Source of the DNA: Entomortierella parvispora E1425
Lineage: Eukaryota; Fungi; Mortierellomycota
Direction: 5' to 3'
Assembly (NCBI GenBank): GCA_020891255.1
Contig: BQFW01000012.1
Span: 1-64,000, forward strand
Length of the DNA stretch: 64,000 nucleotides
Of this stretch, positions 9,268 through 20,008 are shown piece after piece. A program made the position numbers and the translations under genes. A model generated the notes under the pieces. That model ran no database searches. It was given only the letters and a program-made list of their open reading frames with translations, and was not told the origin of the DNA. Within the stretch, counting starts at the first letter, position 1. Every line of letters begins with the position of its first letter.

Positions 9268-12200
9268 ATGCATGGATCTGTGAATCCTCCCAGTCCTGCC
9301 CCCACCAACCTGCACCCTGCTTCCATGGACGCTGCTAATACGAGTAGAAACCATGGCCTTGGCCCTCAGCACTCGTACGGAGCAACCTCCAACAATGTTC
9401 CGTCCACTGCAGCACTCTCACAGTCGCCGCAGCAGCTATCTCCTCAGCAACAAAAGCTGCTTGCCAAGAGCAAGCCCAGGCCCACCAGATATGGGCTCCG
9501 TCACTCCGCGTCAAACGGCTCTCTCTCGTCCAGTTCCATCTCGTCCTCTGTATCCTCCGTCTATGGCGCTACAGTGCCCTACCCGCCACATCAGCAACAG
9601 GATCGATTGAGCATACAGCAGGGCACCAAATGGCAGACTAAAGTCAGGGAAGGTCAAGGAATTGTCGTTGGGTTCCTACGTCGACGTATCCCCATCCTAG
9701 GCTGGCTGGTCTTTTACCCCGGCTACAACTGGCGAGCCAATACGGCCGAGGATTTCTTCGCGGGCATAAGTAAGTGTGGGCATAGAGTGAAAGAGAAAGG
9801 AGAAAGGGCCCTGACCTGGCATGGGTTTGCCCAGTGACAGGGATAGAGGCGATCAGATGGCCATCCAGAGGAAAGAGTGGCAGAAAGGGCATCCTTTCTT
9901 GCTTATGACATTCATTCCCGCTACTGTTGTTGTTTTGTTTGCAAGGCACGGATGGATGGACGGACGGGACGTCGATGATGTGTCGCACTTAACCTTCTTT
10001 CGGTTCTGTGCGTCGTCGGTTTGCATCGTTCCCGGGTGCATTCTTCGCTGGGGATGCGCGAGTGAGTGCGAGCGAGTGCAGATGCTGTCCCCGCCAGCAT
10101 CTCTCCCCGCGGATCTCACTTTAATCTCAATGTCGCAACCAGGAAACGAATAGGAGCCCTCTGGACTTTTATCTCCGCTCCTTCCATTCTTCTCCAGGAT
10201 CTTCCCTCGCTTAGTTCATTAGTTCCGACTCATCGCCTTCCTTCTGATCCACTGTATCCAATGACACATGAAAGGGGGCGTCGCAACGCGTCCATGGGAG
10301 CACGCCACCATCTCATCCACAGCACTTCTAACCGTTCCCTCCTTTTTCTCTCTCCATCTCCCGCGCTCCAATGACGATCCGTCATCTCCTACCTGGTAGC
10401 CATATCTGCCGTTATCATTCCACAAAGTTTGTCCTACGCCATGCTGGCGTCTCTACCGCCTGCCCACGGCCTCTATACTTCCTTGGTCCCTACAATCGTC
10501 TATGCGATTTTTGGGACGAGCAAACACATGTCCACCGGCACCTTTGCTATCACCTCCTTGCTCCTCGGTCAGTTTGCGCACAAGATCCTCTCGGACCAGG
10601 GTTACGAGGACTCTTCAGATCCTGACTCTGAATACTACCGGCGGTACCTCCCTCTGTGCCTCACGCTCACCTTTGTGATCGGTGGCATTCAAATTCTTAT
10701 GAGTATGGCACGTCTTGGCCGCTGGACTTCAAAACACTTACTCCCAACTGCACTGGTTTCTGGATTCAACACGGCATCTGCATTCCATATCGGTACTCAT
10801 CAGTTGAAACATTGGCTGGGAATGAAGCCGCCTCGCGAAAGTGGTGTGTTTAGTATGATAAAGTCCTGGATCTGGATCGTTGGGCATTTTTGGCAGGAAA
10901 CCTCTTGGCCCTCACTCTCCATGGGTCTGGCTGCCATGATTCTGATGTATCTGCTTCAACGACTGGAATATTACAGGAGGGCAAGGTCGGATTCTGTGCT
11001 GAATGTCAATCCTGTTTCGCCTCCATCTTCGCTTTCTGCATCGACACCCCTCTTGCCTTCAGACCGTCCAGGGTTTTCCACTTCTCCTTCATTGCATCAT
11101 CCAACCTTTGAAGATGGAGCTCGACCTAACCGTAGCCACAGTAGAGGACAAGGAACTCGTTTGGGTCAGGGCTGGACAAGGGGAAGTCGTTCTCGCAGAG
11201 CCAATATTGTGCCCAAGGCAGTCTCAGATCAAGCCCTCCTGACCATGCAGGATGTCGCATTGGAGAGTTCTGGAGATGATTATGACACCGGAGCGTCTTC
11301 AAGGTCCTCACCTGCAACGCTGTCAGCTGTCCGTGTAGAATCTGCCGATACGGCTAGCTCAGTACGGTCACCGCCGCCGCAATCTCCACTTCACTCATAC
11401 GGCTCTTCAGTTCAAGGCCCAGCGGGCTTGGCCAACACTGGGGCATTGGGGCGGGTACCCAAAACAGCAACGCCACCTGTACATGTTCATCAGTACAAGA
11501 CTTTTCGACGTTCCCCCTCCAATCCATCGCTTATTGACAGCAACCGGCAACGTATTTCATTCGAGTCGGCAGAGGGATTGGATCGTTCATTTGCGAATGA
11601 AGCTTCTCCTCGACGTGCTTCTATCGTGACTTTTAGCGGTGCGAGCGACTCTGAAGGGTCATCTTCGTGCTCTAGTGCTCCGTATAGCTCGGTCGGAGCG
11701 GCTCAGCATGACTCTACTCAACAGCAGATATCTACTGCAGAGTCACCACAGGAGGTACAGGAGTCAGCTCAGGACAGGACCTGTATACCCAAGGTTCACT
11801 TTCCTATTCCGGATATTCTTATCTGCGTTGTCGTGTTCACTATAGCGACAGTGGTCTTTGATCTCGACGGACTCTATGGGATTGAGGTCATTGGGGCTAT
11901 TCCCACTGGGCTGCCCACACCGACATGGCCACCCGTGGCAATGACGGAAGGATGGACATGGGAGACTTGGAAGCCGTTAATTTGGCCTGGAATTCTCATG
12001 GCAATGGTAGTATATGTCATGTCGCTCTCAGTTGCCAAGCATTTTGGACGAGAGTATGGATATGAGGTCGATGCTGACCAAGAGATGTTGGCGATCGGGG
12101 CTGGGTCATTGTTTGGGTCATGTTTCGGCGCGTATGCTTGTACAGGCAATCTAACAAGGTCAGCCATTCTGGCGCAGTTGGGGTCCAGGACACCTTTGGC

Positions 12201-12621
12201 CTCGTTAGTCGGAGCCTTGATGGTATTGATGACTCTACTCTGGTTCACGGCGTTGTTCACGCGGATACCCAATACGATCTTGGCCACAATAGTGTTGGTG
12301 TCGCTCAAGTCTTTGATGGGCCATACGATTGAAGCAAAGCGACTGTGGCGCGTTGGTCGGAGGAAGGAAGCTTTTATTTGGTGGAGTACGTTCATGGCTG
12401 TGATTCTGTTTAGTATTGAGATTGGACTAGGCGTCGGTATAGCGACAGTTGTCCTCTTCAAGCTCTATAAGCATGGATCACGCTGGAAGCAGAGGATCCT
12501 GCGGTCGGTCAAGCAGTCGGTCTTGTATCAACGGATCATGTTGATGCTTGGCCTTCAGAGTCCCTTGCATACCACTGTCGGGCGAGGACTCTACACCGGA
12601 GATGATGATGACGATTATTAG
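9268..12621 (+). CDS. SulP/SLC26 anion (sulfate) transporter-like protein lacking STAS; exons ~9268-9769 and 10400-12621
   Basis: Spliced motif EDFFAGI|TISAVIIPQSLSYAMLASLPPAHGLYTSLVPTIVYAIFGTSKHMSTG, plus EMLAIGAGSLFGS, TGNLTRSAI and multiple TM helices. Confidence 0.9.
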
Positions 12622-13106
12622 AAAGTACTTCTTTCCTTTTTTTTACTTCCACCAATTCCCCAATCTCAGTCTCTTCTACCCCGCCCCCCCATTGCACCCC
12701 TCACGGTTGAGTTGTATCTTTTTGTTGTTTTTTGCTCAATCATTGTAATTTTAGCCTGTTCGCCTGTATAAAAAGCCCAGAAAAGTCGTTGTTCTTTTGG
12801 AGTTCTTTTTTTTTTTTATTACTTTACAACAGTGGATTCTTTTTTTTTTTTTGTCATGATCTCGACCTGCCTCCTTTTCTTGCACAGAACGCTTTTGTAC
12901 AATAACCAGAAGATACTGGAGACAATAGACATGAAAAGGTGGGGGGATAAGTAGAAGATATATGGCAATTGTAGATGGTAAAGGGTATGAGAGTGAGCTA
13001 GAAAAAGAGAATGCTACGGGAAATACACAAAGGCCCAGCTATATGTCCCCCGAGGATCTTTCTTTGCGATATCTTTCCGGCTTGAGAGAAGAAACGGGAA
13101 CCTCTT

Positions 13107-13838
13107 TTACTTCTTGACGACGTTGAGGTCAGCGCACGAAGTGTACCACTCGTCCGAGTTCAACTTCCAGCGCCACTGCATGACGTGGTAACCGGTTTGG
13201 AGGTTCTTGGGGAGGTTAAAGCAGCCACCGCAGGGCCAGATATCGGTGTCCTTGCCCTTGTCGGTGCAGTTCTTGTAGTTCAACTTGGCGACGATGTTAT
13301 CCAAGAACTCCAACTGAGTGGGGTCCTTCTTGGGGTTGGCACCGGATAAAGCAATAGTCACGGGCTGGTTCTTCTCATCGGGGACGGCGTGGTTCTTGGC
13401 GGGCCAGCGGATGCAGAGCTGTCCACCAGGGTGGGTAGTAGTGATCATTCCAGTCTTGCGGCCGTGCTGGTCCTTACCAGAGTAGGCAGCAGTGACAGGG
13501 TGACCCATGGTCTCGTCCGCACCGGGTTCCTCACCTTGCCTGCCGTTAGAGCAAGGCAAGGCGTGGTTGGGGTCGGGGTTTTTGTGCGATTGCTGGTAGT
13601 GACGGTTGGGGTCATCCGAATCGAGCTTGGCAAAAGGTTTGGCCTTCAAGGGGAAGCGACGAGCGTATCCGAAGCAGGCGCCATGCTTATCGGACCAAGA
13701 ATTGGACTTCTTGGGGTTGGTGAAGCGCCAATCAATACAGTCAGCGTACGAGTGAGATTCGACCGAGTTGGTCAAGAGGAGGACGAGCGAGGCAGCAATG
13801 AGAGCCAAGCTGGCCTTGGAGAGGGATGTGAAGAACAT
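13107..13838 (-). CDS. Secreted 243-aa protein with predicted mature N-terminal His; candidate LPMO-like copper (histidine-brace) protein
   Basis: Signal peptide ends ...TNSVES|HSYADC. WPAKNH motif, C-terminal QWRW...EWYTSCADL, 8 Cys, single exon. TATAAAA on the minus strand at ~13935-13941. The CDS is secure; the function is inferred. Confidence 0.85.
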   Translation of the reverse strand: MFFTSLSKASLALIAASLVLLLTNSVESHSYADCIDWRFTNPKKSNSWSDKHGACFGYARRFPLKAKPFAKLDSDDPNRHYQQSHKNPDPNHALPCSNGRQGEEPGADETMGHPVTAAYSGKDQHGRKTGMITTTHPGGQLCIRWPAKNHAVPDEKNQPVTIALSGANPKKDPTQLEFLDNIVAKLNYKNCTDKGKDTDIWPCGGCFNLPKNLQTGYHVMQWRWKLNSDEWYTSCADLNVVKK

Positions 13839-14326
13839 GATTTAACGAGGTGTGAGTGGAAGACGGAGGGAGTTGGAGAGAGGAGTGAGGATGAAAGGTA
13901 GAAAAAAAAAGAAGGGAGGGGGCGCGACCGAGGGTTTTATATCTAGGGGAGCAATTCATTGTCGCTTCCCTCGGGCTGTTGGGGAGAGGGTCTGCAGTGA
14001 CCGAGGTCGTGTTTGGATATGGGGGGACAGGGAAACCAGGGACAAAGCATGCAACTGTAACCTGGGACAGCATCAAATCAGTGGTTGTCGTTTGTTCTCT
14101 TTTGTCATTTGAAGTAAAGAGTACTCATTGAATCAGGTAAAAAAGACCACAAGGCTGCAGGCAGAGAGGACCACTGCTTTCGAAAGTGAACAAGCGAACG
14201 ATTAAGGACAATCGTTCTTTTTTGGCAACAGGGATCTTTTAATTGCCCTCAAACACCAATGCGAGGGCGTCCTTTGGGAATGAGATAAATTAGGCGGGTC
14301 AGAGGGACAAAATCAACCCCCGGCAC

Positions 14327-14378
14327 AGGCACAGCGGCGCCTTGTTTCCAGGCACAGCGGCGCCTTGTTTCCAGGCAC
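14327..14378 (+). repeat. 23-bp perfect tandem duplication (AGGCACAGCGGCGCCTTGTTTCC x2 plus a partial copy)
   Basis: Read directly from the sequence. Confidence 0.9.
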
Positions 14379-16533
14379 TGGGCCCCTTGTCTTCCTTCCA
14401 CTGCTGTCATCTAATTTCGTACTTTCTGCATTCCCTCTCCTTTTTGGGCGAGGCTGGAGGCTGAGTGTGTGTCTACATCTTCCAGCAGAAAAAGTCCGAG
14501 AAAGGGCAAGCAAGGCTGACCTGCTCTAATTGCTGGGGATGGCGATTCCTTGGGAGGCAATACCTTGCGAGCCAACACCTCACTTTTGCGTTCTCCCCGG
14601 AACAGATGGGGTGTGGTCAGCCTCGGGTCTGTTGTTGTCCTGCTCTCTTTTCCTTTCATCAGACCAGGTTTTTTTTTTGTTTTCCATTGGTTTGTTTCGG
14701 TGTTGCCCACATCCCCGAACCAAAAACAACAACTTTTTGAGAGCCTTGTCAAAATTGCAACCAAAAAAAAAAGCCATGGCTGGATTTGGCCTATTCTGTC
14801 CAACTGCATTCTCACTGCTCTTTCTACAGCGCCCGAACAGACCCTCTGACGGTGCAACCATCATCTCCTGTTGCTCATCGTGAGCAGCAACACCATCCGC
14901 TTTGTCCTTCTGCAGAGACACCTGCACTTTTTTTTTTAAAAAAAAAAAAGGTGGCGTCTTGGCTCCCGTAGCCTTTTACACCACATCATCTGTCGAAACC
15001 ACTTACACACGGCCCTCTCATGAGGCGGAACTAAATAGCCAAAGGCGAGTTAAAAATACGTTCCTGAGAAAAAGGAGACAAAACAAAGAACCTCATCTTC
15101 TACGTAAGCCCCACAGTGGCTAGAGTTCGGATTCCGACGTGCTGTTCTGCAGCAAAGGAAGAACAGCACCTTGAAGACCACCTCGCCACAGGGGGATTAG
15201 ATTGGAAGGGGAGAAAATCAAGTTAATAGAACAATATCTTGGGTTCCCTTTCCTTCTGCCCTCTTGCCTGCGCCTGGATGTTCAACACTTTAGTCATGGA
15301 CTGGTATGGGGCCCGTTGGCGTGAAAAACTCTGCAAACGATCGTATCTTTATTTTACGATTGGTTTTTTCCGAATGAATTTGGCATGTGGGGCGAAAAGG
15401 TCTGTTAACACTAATTTGCTCGTTTTTTTTTTTGCATGAAGAGGAGCACGAAGGGCAAGGGATGGAGAGGAAAGAGAGGTGATTATGAAGGGAACCAATT
15501 CTCTCTCCAATAGGTTAACAGAGTTCACATCCCAGAAGCACAGATCGCACTGATGGCCTCAGCCATATTGCAATTAGTGGTTTAGGCTGACTACGACAAG
15601 GAATAGAGACGGATTGCGTGCGGGATGGATGCATTTTTTTGTTGTCAGACGCTTGATTGAGCTCCTGCATGTTGTCAAAAAGTAATTGTGGACCACAACA
15701 AAATAACAATAACGGCTGATTTGCATTCATATCAAGCCAGCTGGAATGGAGGAGAGGGGCAGCTGCCAGGATTCTAGTTGACTTTCAAGATTCCAAGATG
15801 CGGACTGCCCTTGGTTTTCACACGCCGGAGTGAACCGGGGATCTGTGGCTATGACCACCTCAGGACAATGCTCAACAGCCGTGGATCCCAGGCCACGCCG
15901 CAGACCTGCGCAGAGAGCACCAAAGTGTTAGAGAGCCGAGGGGTCAGCAGCAGAGATCCGGCGCAAAGAGAGTTGTTCAGAGCATTTTTTTTTTTTTTTT
16001 TGACTTTGAAGACAAAGCCAAAAAGGCCAAACAAGCCAAAGGTCAATTTCCATCTTCTCTCTCTTTGGAGAGCACCACTCATGACGGGATCAGGCAACGT
16101 GGTAAACCCCCGAGTCCAAAAGTCGACAGAGCACTTGTTTCGAGTCTCGACCGGAAAGCTTTTAGTCGCGGTATGAATTAACTCTGAAGTGCCTCTCTGC
16201 CCCTACGCCATTTTTTTGAATTGGTGAGAATGATTTTGACATTATCTGTGTGCAGTTCTTCCTTGTCGCACAATCTCCCGCTCGTCATAAAACGAATTGG
16301 CCCTAGGAAGAGGGACGCGTATCAGTGGCAGCTTTCCGAAATGAAGAAAAAAAATAGAAAGAAAGCGACAAATCTGACTGGAATGGGGATTAAGGCGAGA
16401 GAACATCCCACGGTTAGGACAAGCCAACGCACGCACACTCAACCCCCATTACAACCCCCAATCCCGAGAAAAACATGGCAAACAGTCATTGGGTCATTAG
16501 GCAATGTTTGTCATTTGTATTGGTGAATTCTTC

Positions 16534-17855
16534 TCAAGAGTCAACATCTCCTGCATCAAGCTGCAGCATTTCAAACTGTGCCTGTGTAACGGAACCCTGA
16601 TCAGCGACTGCATTTGAAGCGTCTGCAGGCAAGACACGCTCCAGGGTCACTTCGCCAAAGATCTCCGAGTAACCAATTTGAGCAAAGCCGAGCTTTGTCA
16701 AAAACAACTGGATTGAGCTCTTGTTCTCGGTCGAAATTTTGGCAGTAATTCGCTTTGTGCCGAGAGACTTGAAAGCTGCAGTGCAATCACCATTCCAGGT
16801 AAACAAAGAAGAACAGGCCATACACTTTAGTACGATGGTAAAACACAGCTGGTTGCCATTCTCGAGACGCACGTTTGCAGTATCCTTGTATCGCCTGAAC
16901 GTTGCAAAAAAAAAAAAAAAAAAAAAAAAAAAACACGTTCCTCGTCACTCACCATATGTGATCATCATCCTCAGTGCCTCCAGACCCATTCCTTTCCGTC
17001 TATAGTCAGGCTCTAGTTCATACAGATTGTCAGATACATGTTCCACCGATCAAGAGAGTCTTTTTAAATCAAAGCTGAACGTCAAAGCGGTCAAGCAGAT
17101 TCCTTCCATACTCACCAGCAATCATGATTTCGATTTCAGCTGAATGAGGATCGTCGTGATCATTGAAGAAGAGATTCACATCCCCAACCATATCTATTCG
17201 AGTATTACGGCGTGTCAGTTCAGTGGATCCATAGTTCCATAGTTCCATCGAATAGAGTACAGATCACGAAGATACAGAAGTACTTACTTTGGGAGAGGGC
17301 ATTTTTGGCCGTAATCTCTTGATCTGGGTTATTTGCCAAGATGATGAAGGTACATTCTAAATACATCGAGCAGTAAATTAGGTACAAGTTAAACATTGCA
17401 GAGTAATGAAGACGACTGGAAATACAGGAACTCTTTTCAAATGGCAACATACTGTTCTCATCGACTCGCCATGACTCTTGCATTTCATATTCTTCTTCCA
17501 GCGTCAATGGTTCTGAGGCTGTCATTTCTGCAGTTTTTTTTTTTGTAAGAGATGTTAGCCCTGATGGTATTATACAACTCCATCATGTATCCTCTACTTT
17601 CTGAGCAACAACTCCAACATACCAAGAAGTTCTGGAGATTGCATCCATTTGTTATAGTGCTCCACATGGCTCTTCAAATAAGGGACAAGGACACATTTGT
17701 GGCCGACCTAGATAAGTGATTGAACGCGGCGGGGAGGTTCACGGTCGGGGTTAGGCCGTGTGTCCAAGATTCAAGGCAGCAGATAACACTGTCGTGGATA
17801 ACTTTTGAGGGAGGAAAGACTTCTGTACCAGGGCAATTCTCTCGTTGGCCCGCAT
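16534..17855 (-). CDS. NAT9: GNAT N-acetyltransferase 9 homolog, multi-exon
   Basis: Spliced N-terminus MRANERIAL|VGHKCVLVPYLKSHVEHYNKWMQSPELL|EMTASEPLTLEEEYEMQESWRVDE. C-terminal AKISTENKSSIQLFLTKLGF...SEIFGEVTL. Confidence 0.9.
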
Positions 17856-18022
17856 TGGAGAAGAAAGATGGGTGAGGGAGAGAGGATGTAAGGAATCATG
17901 ATGTCCCCATCATGCCACCCATTGCGTGACTCGTTTTTTATGGCCTTCATTGTACTCTCAGTAAACATAATGCAGTCTTCGTAGCATTTTGGACCATTGA
18001 CATCACCACCACTGATTCCCTC

Positions 18023-19936
18023 ATGTACCGCACTCCTTTACTGCTGCGCTCACTGCAACGGACATTTGCCCCAAAGGGAGCTGCCCGGCCATGCACACCA
18101 GCTCCGTCGCCCTCATGGACTTGTGTCTTGACCCGCCCACAAAGCCCCAGACGACTTTTGAGTTCCAAAACCAAGGAGCACGAGGAACAGTCCACGATGA
18201 CCGAGGCCGAGATATCCTCCGAGGTACGAGCAGGCTACCATATCTGCCCACAGAATAGAGCAAAATAAGGAGACATATTTACTTTATTTTTTCCTTCTTT
18301 CCTTTGCTGATCTGCGCAGGTCTCGGGCAAGATCAAAGCAAGGACCAAGGCACCAAAGGGCCAAGTCCAGAGCTTTAAATGGACAAACGAAATGGACAAT
18401 ATGGTCACCGAATTGCGAGCTCAAAACAAGACCTGGGACTATATCGGCTTAGCGGTTGGTCGCCCCTCCACCGCTTGTTCGGATCGTTACTATACCTGTC
18501 TGGATCCAGCCCTGAAGAACTGGACCCCAGCCATGTTTGCAAAACTGGACGAGATGGTGGAGGCCAATGTCCCCTGGCGTGATATTTCAAACACCTTGGG
18601 GGCCGTCGTCATCTCTTGTCAACATCAATGGAGGACATTAGGCAGAGGCAAATACAAGATTCAGGGCATGGGCATCTCCCTCCGGAGCAAAGCGCAAGAA
18701 TGGTCGCGGTTCGAGGTCGATGGGTTCTGGAGAGCATGGATCACACACGGCGACGGACAGTGGGCCGATATTGCAAAGGATCTGGGCACACGGAGCGCGA
18801 ACGAATGTCGGCGAGGATTCAAAGCTCTTGTTGTGGCAGCACTGAAGGATGCCCCTGGTTGGGTCAAAATCGAAGCCAGCAATTATGTGGCAGAAGTTAT
18901 CAAGGCGGCTCGTGAACGCGCAGATCAGGACACCTCCGATATTGAATCATCGCACCTCACTGGTCAAGGCAGTTCCAAATGGACGAGTGCGGAGCACCGG
19001 GCGCTTCTGGAAGCTGTGGAGAAATATGGACTATTCAGTGGATGGACAAGGATTCGCATGGAGGTTAAGCCAGAGGTCAAAGATGTCGATGTTGAGTCGG
19101 AATACTACCGATTGAGTGGCGTGTCAATGTCTTCTGAATCAAATTCATCACCAAACACGACAGAGGAGGGACTGTGGACAAAAGACGAAATAGAGAAGTT
19201 CTCAAGGATAATGATGCGATTTAGTACCGTCCCTACATGGGTTGAGGAAGCCGGTCAACAGGAAGATGGATTTCTACAGGAAGACCCACAAAAGCTGTTC
19301 TGGGGCGGCTCTCCAGTGGGAACCTCTATCAAAAAGAGAGGCAGGCCAAGGAAGTGTGATGCAGATGCATTAGTGCCTGGCGAATTCGTGTGGACCAGAG
19401 CAAGCTTGGCTCGTCTCAGCAGACTAGTGGGTCAGCAGCGACTACAGGAATCTTTGTCCGGTCATCCCGTTAACTGGCAGTGGGTTGCAGATCACATCGG
19501 ACCAGGAGTCAGTGCCAATATGTGCATCTCTGCTTGGCAAACAGCGCCAAAGTTGACTGTTGGTCGACAAGAGCCTGCCAAGTACTGGGACGAGGCTGAT
19601 GTCGATATGTTGATCAAGGGTATCCGGAAGCACGGTCGAGGCTGGATCAATGTCCGGAAAGAGTTTCTGAAGGATCGCACAACAGACTCCATTCGACGCA
19701 AAGTCAGTAATCTCGAAAATGTTCGGGATCGACTGATCCTGAAAACAAAACGAGCAATTCCTAGATTTGCGTCAATGACACAGGAGCAGCAAAGGGAAGC
19801 TCTTGACGATGCACTCAAAGACAACCCAGTCCTCTTGGCCTACAATCAACTGAAAGAGGCCTTCCAGGAGCATGACAGGAAGATTGCACGCGAAGGAGAA
19901 AAAAATGAAACTGGCGAAGGCAATACCCACCCCTAA
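18023..19936 (+). CDS. Tandem Myb/SANT-like repeat protein with predicted mitochondrial presequence; exons 18023-18223 and 18320-19936
   Basis: About 7 W-T/S-x-x-E...W repeats (e.g. KWTNEMD...TWDYIG...ACSDRY; YWDEADVDMLIKGIRKHGRGW). Arg-rich, acid-free first ~45 aa. In-frame phase-0 intron. Confidence 0.85.
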
Positions 19937-20008
19937 TCACCCATGGGGCCTTCTCATGAAAACACGCTGTTCTTGAATAAAGATTGATATTGTACATGTA
20001 CAAATACT

